Origin: the human T2T-CHM13v2.0 reference genome, Homo sapiens
Length of the DNA: 64,000 nucleotides
Direction: 5' to 3' (one strand)
NCBI RefSeq assembly: GCF_009914755.1
Contig: NC_060935.1
Part shown: positions 26,700-40,730 of the stretch, in pieces
Numbering within the stretch: position 1 is the stretch's first letter
How the letters are laid out: each line of letters opens with the position of its first letter
The notes under the pieces: generated by a model
Database searches by the model: none
Told to the model about the DNA's origin: nothing
Seen by the model: only the letters and a program-made list of their open reading frames with translations
Made by a program: the position numbers and the translations under genes

Positions 26700-27324
26700 T
26701 GTCAGAGGTGTTTGAACCAGAAGGACTCCATCTTGAAGAGGTGCTGAGTGAAATGAGGCTGAGACCTACTGGGCTGCATTCCGAGGAGGTTAGGCATTCT
26801 AAGTCACAGGATGAGACAGGTCGGTACAAAATACAGATCACAAAGACCTTGCTGATAAAATAGCAGGCGGTAAAGAAGCCGGCCAAAACCCGCCAAAACC
26901 AAGATGGTGATGAAAGTGACCTTTAGTCATCCTCACTGCTCATTATACACTAATTATAATGTACTAGCACGCTAAAAGACACTCCCACCAGCACCACAAC
27001 AGTTTACAAATGAGATAACAACGTCAAGAAGTTACCCTATATGATCTAACAATGAGACAAACCCTCAGTTCTGGGAACTACCCACCCTTTTTCCCTAGAA
27101 AACCCATGAATAATCCAACCCTTACTTAGCATACAATCAAGAAATAACATAAAAATAGCCAACGAGCGGCCCATGCTGTTGCTCTGCCTATGGAGTAGCC
27201 ATTCTTTATTCCTTTATTTTTCTAATAAACTTGCTTTCACGTTATGGGCTCTCCCCAAATTCTTTCTTGTGCAATATCCAAGAACCCTCTCTTGGGGTCT
27301 GGATCAGGACCTCTTTTCAGTAAT
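26700..27324 (+). mobile_element. MER41 (ERV1) solo LTR, MER41B-like
   Basis: Starts tgtcagaggtgtttgaaccagaaggactccatcttg and ends aataaacttgctttcac...gaaccctctcttggggtctggatcaggacc. Carries a GAS-type motif. Confidence 0.85.
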
Positions 27325-29381
27325 GAGACCACAAGGAATTAAACTATTAGTCAATAATAGAAAAAATTTCCACAAGGAATTAAACTATTAGTCAATAATA
27401 GAAAAAATAGTTGAAAAATACCAAAAAATTTGGAGATTAAATGACACACTTCTAAATAAAACATGGGTAAAAGAAGAAATCTCAAGAGAAATTACTAAAT
27501 ATTTTGAACCAAATAAAAACAAAAATACAACTTACCCAAATTTGTGGGAGGCAGTGAAAGCAGTGCTTAGAGAAAAATCCATAGCATTGAACGCATGCAT
27601 CAGAAAAGAAGAGAGGAGAAAAATGGTGGCTAGGAGGCAAGACTAACTTGCAGATCCCACTCGGACAGACAGAACAGCATGTGGAGGCTCACATCATGAA
27701 CTCTTCCTCCCAAAACCATCCCAGGAACATACCAGGAAAACCAAAAGAAGTCACAAACCGTTGGAAAAAAGCAGTTGGCTGCTGCAAACTCCATGAGACA
27801 GCTGAAAAACTGTGAGTGCCCAAAGTGTGAAAGGGGGAAAGTCTGCCTCTGAACACTCATCCTCACTGGGGAACCTGAAAATCCAGATCATGGAAGAAAG
27901 ATTTAACCTTACCTAGAGCAGAAATGAATTTAGAGAGCTGAGTGAAATATAAAAGTAGAAGCAGCAGCTGGAAGAGCCCTGTAGACACTTTCCTGGGCAC
28001 TTCCTGGTCCCTAGAGAGGCCCAGGGAAGCCATTTCTGACTTTATCTCACAGGGGTTCTTTGGGAGGGATGCCAGTGGAACTGGGGATAGACCACAGGAA
28101 AAAGGAAAGTTCCAGCTCAATTCTGTAATAACTTTGATGAAGCGCAAATTTTCCTAGGCAGAATCCAGGTTGGGTTGGGAGGTAAACAGGAAGCACAGAT
28201 AGGAGTACAGAAGACAAGGTAGATGGGGAGGGGTGAAGCCTGAAAGCCCTGCGTGTTTTCTCAGCAGGGAGGCTTGTAGCCTGGGGCAAGATTTCAGTCC
28301 TGCTCACCAGCTGACAGGATATAAACTTGGTGCTGTTGATGGGGGACAGTGGGAATGAGACTGGCCTTCCTGGCTGCATGGGAGCTGGATGAAACCCGTC
28401 ACTGCCAACTTTCCCCAACTTCCCTAGCGACCTGTATGATGCAGCAGAAGCAGTCATAATCCCCCTTAGATCATAACTCCAATGGCCTGAGAATCACACC
28501 CCATCCCCCACAGCACCTGCAGCAACCCTCACCCAAGCTCAGATCCGCCTAACGCTACCCCCACCTGATGGTCTTTCTCTACCTGCCCTGGTAGCTGAAG
28601 ACAAAAGACATAATCCCTTGGGAACTCCATGGCCTCACCCTTCACCTGAGAAACCAAACTACTTATCCAGGAGACCTTAGCCAAGCTTGTATCCCCTCTA
28701 TACTACCACAGCTGATGCTCTTCAAAGCGCCACCGCCTGGCTGGAAGCAAACCAACTCACGCCATTACAGCAACTCATTAAAAAACTGCTCTAAGAAAGG
28801 AGAAAATGACAGCTAATTCCACAACCTGTAACATCCTGGCTAACCACAGGACCTGAGTCTGTCCACCTGACAACTTCACTGCTAGCATAACAAGCATTCA
28901 AAAAACCCAGTATGCTAAACAGAACAACCAAGGACCCTCACAGAGCCCACTTCATTCCTCTGCTACCTCCACTGGGGCAGGTGCTGGCATCCATGGCTGA
29001 GAGACCTGAAGATGGATCACATCAGAGACTCCCCAGCACCAGCCCGGAGCCTGGTAACTCCACTGGGTGGCTAGATCCAGGAGAGCAATAACAATCACTG
29101 CAGTCCAGCTCTCAGGAAGCCCCATCCCTAGGGGAAGGGGGTGAGCACCACATCAAGAGAGCACTCTGTGGGACAAAAGAATCTGAACAGCAGACCTTGA
29201 AGCCAAGATCTTTCCTCTGACATAGTCCACCCAAATGAGAAGGAACCAGAAAAAACAACTCTGGTAAGATGACGAAACAAGGTTAACACCCCCAAAAGAT
29301 CACGTCAGCTCACCAGCAATGGATCCGAACAAAAACGAACTCTTTGAATTGCAAGAAAAATAATTCAGAAGGCTAATTATT

Positions 29382-29676
29382 TATTAATTTTTTTGAGACA
29401 GAGTCTCACTCTGTCACCCAGGTTGTAGTGCAGTGGCACGTTCTCAGCTCACTGCAACCTCCGCCTCCTGGGTCCAAGTGATTCTCTCACCTCAGCCTCC
29501 CGAGTAGCTGGGATTACAGGCATACACCACCACGCGTGGCTAACTTTTGTATTTTTAGTAGAGACAGGGTTTCACCATGTTGGCCAGGCTGGTCTCAAAC
29601 TCCTAACCTCAGGTGATCTGCCCACCTCAGCCTCCCAAACTGCTGGGTTTAAAGGCGTGAGCCACCGTACCCGGCC
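29382..29676 (-). mobile_element. AluSx-like element inside the L1PB ORF1
   Basis: Full dimer. TSD cagaaggctaattatt / cagaaggttgattact. Confidence 0.95.
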
Positions 29677-32600
29677 AGAAGGTTGATTACTAAGCTTCTT
29701 AAGGAGGCACCAGAGAAAGGTGAAACCAACTTAAAGAAATTTTAGAAATAATATAAGATATGGACAAAAAAATCTCCAGAGAAATAACATAAATAAAAAA
29801 AAAAATCACAACTCCTGGAAGTGAAAGACACACTTAGAGAAATGCAAAATAGACTGGAAATTTTCAACAATAGATTCAAACAAGTAAAAGAAGGAACTTC
29901 AGAACCCAAAGACAAGGCTTTCAATTAACCCAATCCAACAAAGACAAAGGAAAAAAAATTAAAAAATGAACAAAGCCTTCAAGAAGTTTGGGATAATGTT
30001 AGATGACTAAACGTAACAATAATTAGTATTCCCAAGAAATGAGAGAAATCTAAAGGTTTGGAAAACATATTTGAGGGAACAGTCAAGGAAAACTTCCCTG
30101 GCCTTGCTTGAGAGCCAGACATCCAAACATAAGCTCAAAGAACAACCAGGAAATTCATCGCAAAATGATCATCACCTAGGCCCATAGTCATCAGGGTTTC
30201 TAAAGAAAAGAACCATAAGAGCTGTGAGGCAAAAGCATCAGGTAACCTATAAAGGAAAATCTATGAGATTAACAGCAGATTTCTCAGCAGAAACCTTACA
30301 AACTAGAAGGGACTGGAAGCCTCTCTTTAGCCTCCTGAAACAAAACAATTATCAGCCAAGAATTTTGCATCCAGAAAAACTAAGCTTCGTAAATGAAAGA
30401 AAAAAAAGTTTTTTTCAGACAAACAAATGTTGAGAGAATTCACCACTACCAAGCTAGCACTACAAGAAATGCTTAAAGGAGTTCTAAATCTTGAAACAAA
30501 ACTTCAAAATACACCAAAATAGAACCTCCTTAAAGCATAAATCTCACAGGGCCTATAAAACAGTAACAATGAAAAACTAACAAATAAGGTATTCTGGCAA
30601 CAACTAGCATGAAGAATAGAATAGTACATCACATCTCAATACTAATGTTGACTGTAAATGGCCTAAATGCTCCACCTAAAAGATACAGAACACCAGAATG
30701 GGTAAGAATTCACCAACCAAGTATCTGCTGTCTTCAAGAGACTCACCTAAGTACAAGGACTCACATAAACTTAAGGTAAAGGGGTAGAAAAAGATATTCC
30801 ATGCAAAGGGACACCAAAAGTGAGCAGGAGTAGCTATTCTTACATGAGACAAAACAAACTTTAATGTAAGAACAGTTTAAAAAGACAAAGAGCGACATTA
30901 TATAATGATAAAAGGACTAATCCAACAGGAAAATATCACAATCCTAAATATATATGCACCTAACACTGGAGCTCTCAAATTTGTAAAATAATAACTACTA
31001 GACCTAAAAAATGACAGATGGCAACACAGTAATAGTGGGGGACTTCAATACTCTCCTGACAGCACTAAATAGGTCATCAAGACAGAAAGTCAACAAAGCA
31101 ATAATGGACTTAAACTATACCCTAGAACAAATGGACTTAACAGATATTTACAGAACATTCTACCCAACAACTGCAGAATATACATTCTTTTCATCAGTAT
31201 ATGGATCATTCTCCAAGACAGACCATATGATAGGCCACAAAACAAATCTCAACAAATTAAAGAAAATCGAAATTATAACATGTACTCTCTCAGACCACAG
31301 TGGAATAAAATTGGAAATCAACTCCAAAAGGAGCCCTCAAAACTATGCAAATACATGGAAATTAAATAATCTGTTCCTGAATGATTGTTGGGTCAACAAT
31401 GAAATTAAGATGGAAATTTAAAAATTCTTTGAACTGAACGATAACAGAGACACAACCTATCAAAACCTTTTGGATACAGCACTAGTGGTGCTAAGAGGAA
31501 AGCTCATGGCATTAAATGCCTACATCAAAAAAGTCTGAAAGAGCACAAATAGATAACTAAGGTCACACTTCAAGGAACTACAGAAACGAGAACAAACCAA
31601 ACCCAAACCCAGCAGAAGAAAAGAAATAACCAAGATCAGAGCAGAACTAAATGAAATTGAAACAAGAAAAAAAAATACAAAAGAAAAATAAAAGAAAAAG
31701 CTGGTTCTTTGAAAAGATAAATAAAATCACTAGACCATTGGCAATATCAACCAAGAAAAGAAACGAGAAGATCCAACTAAGCTGAATTAGAAATAAATGG
31801 GAGCTATTACAACTAAAACCACATAAATAAAAAGATCATTCAAAGATATTATGAACTACTTTAAATGTGCATAAACTAGAAAACCTAGAGGAGATGGATA
31901 CATTCCTGGAAATATATTATACAACCCTCCTAGAGTAAACCAGGAATAAATAGAAACTCTGAACATACCAATAACAAGCAGCAATACTCAAATGGTAATT
32001 TTAAAAACTGCCAACAAAAAAAAGTCCAGGACCAGATGGATTCACAGCTGAATTCTATTAGACATTCAAAGAAGAACTGGTACCAATCCTAATTCACACT
32101 ATTCCAAAAGATAGAGAAAGAGGGAATCTTCCCTAAATCATTCTATGAGGCCAGTATCACTCTAATACCAAAACTAAGAAAAGATATAACAAAAAAAAGA
32201 AAACTACAGACCAATATCCCTGAAGAACAGATGTAAAAATCCTCAACAAAATACTAGCTAACTGAATCCAAGAGAATATCAAAAAGATATTACACCATGA
32301 TCAAGTGGGTTTCATACCAGGAATGCAGGGGTGGTTTAACATAACCAAGTCAATAAATGTAATACACAACATAAACATAAAAACAAAAGTCACACAATCA
32401 TCTCAATAGACACAGCAAAAACATTTGACAAAATCCAGCATTGCTTTATGATTAAAACCCTCAGCAAAATCAGTATGGAAGGGACATACCTTATAAAACT
32501 CATCTATGACAAACCCGCAGCAAACATTATACTGAACAGGTAAAAGTTGAAAGTATTCCCCCGAGAACTGGAACAAGACAAGGATGCCTCCTTTCACCAT

Positions 32601-33765
32601 TTCTATTCAACATAGTACTGGAAGTCCTAGCTAGAACTATCAGACAAGAGAGTGAAATAAAGGGCATTCAGACTGGTAAAGAGGAAGTCAAACTGTCGCT
32701 GTTCACCAATGATATGATTGTATACCTAGAAAACCCTAAAGACTCATCCAGAAAGCTCTTAGATGTGATAAGTGAATTTAGTAAAGTTTCAGGATACAAA
32801 GTCAATGTACACAAATCAACAGCACTGCTATACACCAACAGCAACCAAGCTGAGAATACAATCAAGAATTTAATCCCTTTTACAATAGTTGCAAATAAAT
32901 AAATAAATAAAATACTAAGGAATATACCTAACCAAGGAGGTGAAAAATCTCTACAAGAAAAACTATAAAACACTGCCGAAAGAAATCATTGATGACATAA
33001 ACTAATGGAAACACATCCCATGCTCATGGGTAGAATCAATATGGTGAAAATGACCATACTGCCAAAAGCAATCTAGAGATTCAATGCAATTCCCATCAAA
33101 ATACCATGATCATTTCTCACAGAACTAGAAAAAACAATCCTAAAATTCATATGGAACCAAAAAAGAGCCCACATAACCAAAGCAAGACTAAGCAAAAAGA
33201 ACAAATCTGGAGGTACCACATTACCCAAATTCAAACTACACTATAAGGCCACAGTCACCAAAACATCATGGTACTGGTATAAAAATAGGCACATAGACCA
33301 ACGGAACAACAGAGAACCCAGAAATAAAGCCAAATACAGCTAACTGATCTTTGACAAAGCAAATAAAAACATACAGTGGGGAAAGGACACCCTATTCAAC
33401 AAATGGTGGTGGGATAATTGGCAAGTCACATGTAGAAGAATGAAACTGGATCCTCATCTCTCACCTTATACAAACATCAACTCAAGATGAATCAAAGACT
33501 GAAATCTAAGACCTGACACCACAAAAATTATGGATGATAACATTGGAAAAATTCTTCCAGACACTGGCTTAGGCAAAGACTTCATAACCGAGAAGCCAAA
33601 AGCAAATGAAACAAAAACAAAGATAAACAGATGAGACTTAAACTAAAAATCTTCTGCAGAGTATACAAACAACCCACAGAGTGAGACAAAATCTCCACAA
33701 ACTATGCATCAGACAAAGGACTGATATCCAGAATCTACAAGGAACCCAAATAAATCAGCAAGACA

Positions 33766-33766
<1 letters not shown>

Positions 33767-33798
<32 letters not shown>
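33767..33798. repeat. (AAC)n microsatellite in the L1PB
   Basis: Directly visible. Produces the poly-Thr run in ORF 33681..33875. Confidence 0.9.
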
Positions 33799-35893
33799 AT
33801 AATTCCACCACAAAGTGTGCTAGGGGTATAAACAGTTATCAAAAGAAGATATACAAATGGCCAACAAACATATGAAAAAATGCTCAACATCACTAATTAT
33901 CAGGGAAATGCACATCAAAACCACAGTGTGATACCTCCTTACTTCTGCAAGAATGGCCATAATTTAAAAATAAAAAAATAACATGTTGGCATTGATGTGG
34001 TAAAAAGGGAAAACTGGTGAGAATGTAAACTAGTACAACCACTATGGAAAACAGTGTGGACATTCCTTGAAGAATTAAAAGTAGATCTACCTTTTGATCC
34101 AACAATCCCACTACTGGGTATCTACTCAGAAGAAAGTAAGTCATTATAGGACACTTGCCCACACATGTTTATAGCAGCACAATTTGCAACTGCAAAAAAT
34201 GGAAGCAGCCCAAATGCCCATTTATCAATGAGTAGATAAAGAAAATGTGGTATACCATGCAATACTACTCAGCCATAAAATGGAACAAAATAATGGCATT
34301 CACAGCAACCTGGATGGAGTTGAAGACCATTATTCTAAGTGAAATAACTCAGGAATGGAAAACCCAACATTGTATGTTCGTACAATGTGGGAGCTAAGCT
34401 ATGAGGACACAAAGGCATAAGAATGATACAATGGACTTTGGGGACTTGGCAGGGGGATGATGGGAAGAAGGGATAAAAGACAACACATTGTGCACAGTGT
34501 ACACTGCTCAGGTGATGGGTACACCAAAATTTCAGAAATCACCACTAAAGAACTTATCCATATAATCAAACACCACCGCTTCCCCAAAAAGCTATTGAAA
34601 TAGAAAAGAAGAAACATCTAATAACAATAATCTAAGTTTTACCTTAGGTAACTAGAAAAAGAAGAGCAAATTAAATCCAAAGTAAAGAAAAGAAAATAAA
34701 TACTAAAAATTAGAGCAGAAATCAACAAAACTGAAAACAGAAATTACCAAAACCAAAAGTGAATTGCTTGAAAATGTCAATAAAATTGAGAAGCTTCTAG
34801 CCAAACTAACTTAAAAAGACAGAGAGAAATACACAAATTACTAACATTACATATGAATAAGGACCGTCACTACAGATCACATGGACATTAAAAGGACAAT
34901 AAAAATATTAGGAACAACTCTATGCCTGTGAATTTGTAACACAGATGAAACTGGCCAATTTTTAAAAAGATACATCCACCAAAACTCACACAAGAAGAAA
35001 AAGATATAGGCCTTAAAGAAATCTAATTAACAGTTAATAGCTTTGCAAAACAGAAACCAGTAAGCCCAGATGTATTCACTGGTAAATTTTACCAAACATT
35101 TAAGAAAGAAATTATAGCAAGTCTCTATATCTCTTCCAGAAGACAGATGCAGAGAGAAGTGTCTAACTTCTTCTGGGAGGCCAACATTTTCCTAAGACCA
35201 AAACCAGACAAAGACATTCTAAGAAAAAAGAAAAAAAAAAAAAAACTACAGACAAATATCTCTCATGAACATACATGCAAAAATCATCAATGAAGTACTA
35301 GCAACTATAATCCAACAATATATAAAAACAATTACATGCCACTACCAAGTGAGATTTATCCCAGGAATGCAAGGCTGGTTCAACATTTGAAAATCAACTA
35401 ATGTAATCCATCACATAAACAGGCTAAAGAAGAATAAAAATCACATGATTTCACCAATAAACACAGAAAAAGCATTTAAGAAAATCCATCACCCATTCAT
35501 AAAAAACTCTCAGCAAACCAGAAATAAAGGGAACTTCCATAACTTGAGAAAGAGCATCTACAAAAAACGTACAGCTAACATCATACTTAATGGTGACAAA
35601 CTTGAAACTCTCCCGCTTGGATCAAAAACAAAGCAATGATGTTCTGTAATCAATTCTTTTCAAGATAGTATCAGAATTCCTAGCTAATACAATAAGAAAA
35701 GGAAACCCAAGGTATACAGATTGGAAAGGAATAAAACTTTGTTTGCAGAAGACAGGATTATCTATACAGAAAATCAAAAGAACTGACAAAAAACTCCTGG
35801 CACTAATAAATGATTTATAGCAAGGCTGCAGAATATAAGGTTAATATACAAAACCTAATCAGTTTCCTACATACCAGCAATGAGCAAGAGAAA

Positions 35894-36201
35894 TTTTGTT
35901 TGGTTTTATTATTTTTTTTTTTTAGAGACAAAGTCTCACTCTGTCATCCAGGCTGGAGTGCAGTGGTACAATCATGCCTCATTACAGCCTCAATGTACTA
36001 GGCTTAAGCGATCCTCTTGCCTCAGCCTCCTAAGTAGCTGAGACCACAGGCACACACCACCACACATGGCTAATTTTTAATTTTTTTATAGAGATGAGAT
36101 CTCACTATGTTGCCCTGATCTCAATCTCCTAGCCTCAGTCGCCAAGCATTCCTCCTACTAATCCTTCCAAAGTGCTGGGATTACAGGCATGAGCCAGCAC
36201 A
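35894..36201 (-). mobile_element. AluJ
   Basis: Diverged Alu dimer (ggcttaagcgatcctcttgcctcagcc). Confidence 0.9.
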
Positions 36202-36588
36202 CAACAAGGGGAATTTGAAATTAAAAATATATTAATGTTTATAGTAGCACCCAAAAAACAAACTACACAGACAGCTATATATCTAACAAAATACACCTAA
36301 CAGCTATATAAGGAAAACTACAAAACTCTGGTGAAAGATGTCAAAGACCTAAATAAATGGAGAAATGTTGCATGTTCATGAATAAGAAGGCAATATTGTC
36401 AAGATGCCAGTTCTTCCAAACCTGATTTACAGATTCAATACAATTCCAGTCAAAATCCCAGCAAGTTATTTTGTTGATACTGATTCTAAAGTATTATGGA
36501 GAAGCAAAAGACCCAGAAAAACCAAGACAACACTGAAAGAAAAGAAAAACAAAGTTGGAAGGCTGACACTACCAGACCTCAAGACTTA

Positions 36589-36936
<348 letters not shown>

Positions 36937-37423
36937 TCAAGACAGCATGGTGTTGCCAAAAGAACAGACAAATTGATCAATGGAGCAGAATAGAGAGCCC
37001 AGAAACAGACCCATATAAAAGTCAACTGACATTTGACTAGGGAACAAAGGCAATACAATGGACACATGATACAGACTTGTTAAAGGGTGTTGGAACAACT
37101 GGACATCCACATGCAACAAGAAAACGATTCTAGACACAGACCTTACACCTTTTACAAGAATTAACTCAAAATGGATCACAGACTGAATGAATGTAAAATA
37201 CAGAACTATAAAACTCCTAGAAGATAATAAAGGAGAAAATCTAGATGACCTTAGTTACAGCGATGATATTTTTAAAAAACACAAAAGGCATGATCCATGA
37301 AAAAGATAAATAATAATCTGGACTTCATTAAAATTTAAAACTTCTGCTCTGCAAAAGACAATGTCAAGAGAATGAGAACATAAGCCATAAATCGACAGAA
37401 AATATTTGCAAAAGACACACTGA

Positions 37424-37794
<371 letters not shown>

Positions 37795-39181
37795 CTAATT
37801 AAAAAACAGGCAAAAGATTTGAACAGACATCTCACCAAAGAAGACAGATATACAGATGGTTAATAGCATATAAAAATGCTCAACATCATATGTCATTAGG
37901 GAATTCCAAATTAAAACAATGAAATGCTACTACATAACATATTAGAATGGCCAAAATCCAAAAACACTGACAACAAATGCTGGCAAGGATGTAGAGCAAC
38001 AGGAACTGTCATTCATTGCTGCTGGGAATGCAAAATGGCACAGTCACTTTCAAAGGCAGTTTGGCAGTTTCTTATAAAACTAAAAACACTTTTACCATGC
38101 AATCCTGTAATCATGCTCCTTGGTGTTTACCCAAATGAACTGAAAACTTATGTCCACACAGAAACCTGCGTGCAAATGTTTATAGCAACTTTATTCATAA
38201 TTGCCAAAACCTAGAAGCAACTGAGATGTCTTTCAGTAGATGAATGAATACATAAAATGTGGTATAACCAGACAACGAATATTTTTCAGTGCTAAAGTGA
38301 AATGAACTCTCAAGCCATAAAAAGACATGTAGGAAATTCAAATGCATATTACTAAGTGAAAGAAGCCAATCCAAATGGCTATATACTGTATGAATCCAAC
38401 TATGTGGTATCTTAGAAAAGGCAAAAACTAGGGAGACAGTAAAAAGATCAGTGGTTGTCAGGGGTTAGAGAAAAGGGAAAGATGAATCAGAGGGACACGG
38501 AGGATTTTTATAATACTATTCTGTATGATACTATACTGGTGATACATGTCATTACACATTTTTCTAAACCTATAGAATATACACCTCCAAGAGTAAACCC
38601 TAATGTAAACTATAAAGTTGGGCGATAATGATGTAACAATGTAAGTTCATCAATGATAACAAATGTACCACTGTGGTGTGGGATGTCAATAGTGGGGGAT
38701 GTTGCATGTGTGTCAAAACATGGAGCTTATGGGAACTCTATATTTCCTGTTCAATTTTGCTGTGAATGTAAAACTTGTCTGAAAAATAAAAAGTTATTAA
38801 TTTTTTGAAAAATAATCATCTTCCATCTAAGTAGTGTTACTCAAAAAAATAAGTGTCAACTGCCAACCACACAAATGCCTTCGGGAGCTTCAAAAAGTTA
38901 AGGCAGGGAATTAGATTTCAAAATGTAGTTCCTCATATATTCATGAAGTGATTTCTTTCAACTTCTTAAAAATATTTTTAGGCCAGCAAAAAGTCTAATC
39001 TTTTATATACATCTCCATTTATAAAATTAAAACTCTAACACATAATTTGCAAATCATCTAAAACTACGTTAAATTCACTGAGTAAAATTATAAAACTAGT
39101 AAATACTTTGTATTTTCAGCAGATATAAAACAAGAACTTTAAATGTAAAGTACTTTCATATGTAAAAACATAGCCTTGATT

Positions 39182-39484
<303 letters not shown>

Positions 39485-39642
39485 AGAGCCTTGATCAACC
39501 AATTTCCAAACAGACTGAATAAACAATCAGAGTATTTTTAAAGTTCAATGACTTTGTAAAGGAATAAATCAAAATCTCTTCCTTATATACTCCTGCCAAA
39601 ATTTTAATTTGCTAATTTTTCATCTTAGTAATTATTGCTACC

Positions 39643-39906
<264 letters not shown>

Positions 39907-40039
39907 TTACTACCAATTACTACCAACTACTACTATCCAAGCATGACAAAAATCAACAATTCTTGATAAGGCTGAGGATGCAGAATGAGAAAAAAATATC
40001 CCAACATATGTAGGATCAGATTTCTATGATAAGAATTTG

Positions 40040-40730
40040 TTCTTCTTTCACTCATTTATTCACTAGCTATTTACTGACCACTCACATGGTGCTAAGCACT
40101 GTAGTAAGCACTAGAGATGCGATACAGAAATGATAAACAATAAACCTTTGACTTCTTAGAATTTGTTTCTAGTGAGGAAAACAAATACTTTTTAAAGTAA
40201 ACAAACACATAAATAAAATGATAGTTTCATACTCTGAAGAAATAAGGAGGGATCTACTTCACATAGGGTCAGAAACAGCCTTTCTAAGGAGGTGTTATCT
40301 AAATCAAGTCCTAAAGACTGGGAAGCTACCAGATGTAGCAAGAGCACAGTGTGAACGGAGTCATGGGATGATCAAAGTACAGGAAAGAACTCAGGCCCTT
40401 TTACAAACTGCCCGAAAGCTGGTGTGACCACAGCATGCGAGTGAGGAGGGATGGTCCTGACATGATGTAGAAGAGGCAGGGATACCCAGATTGTGTAGGA
40501 CCCTCGTAGACCTCGGTAAGCAGTTTGGGTTTAGCTCCACATGCAGTGGGAATCTATCCAAGAGTTTCAACCACGATACTAACAATATTTGATTTACATT
40601 TTATACCATTCTGGCAGTTTATAAGGTTATAATAGATTATAGGATGCAAACATCAGCCCAAACAAGAGATCATGCTTGAGCTAGCTTGGTAACAATAAAA
40701 ATGGAAAGAAATGGACAAATTTTAGAAATA
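40040..40730 (-). mobile_element. L2 3' fragment (other L2 pieces near 14.3-14.7 kb and 18.3-19.3 kb)
   Basis: ttcactcatttattcactagctatttactga...gctaagcactg is the reverse-complement L2 tail. Confidence 0.7.

Larger units (their letters stand above)
27613..34601 (+). mobile_element. Full-length, inactivated L1PB (PB1-like)
   Basis: GC-rich 5'UTR, ORF1 remnant (QVTYKGKSMRLTADFS), ORF2 EN/RT remnants ([24 protein letters not shown]), L1PB-type 3' end. 11-bp TSD agaaaagaaga at 27602-27612 and 34602-34612. Many stops and frameshifts. Confidence 0.9.

Noticed and set aside
27630-28457. Overlapping ORFs in GC-rich sequence (also 50623-52045)
   Set aside because: They lie in L1 5'UTRs, where GC richness lengthens chance ORFs. 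No recognisable protein.
30224-33875. ORFs with endonuclease and reverse-transcriptase motifs as an active or novel retroelement
   Set aside because: They are fragments of an ordinary L1PB ORF1/ORF2 broken by many stops and frameshifts.
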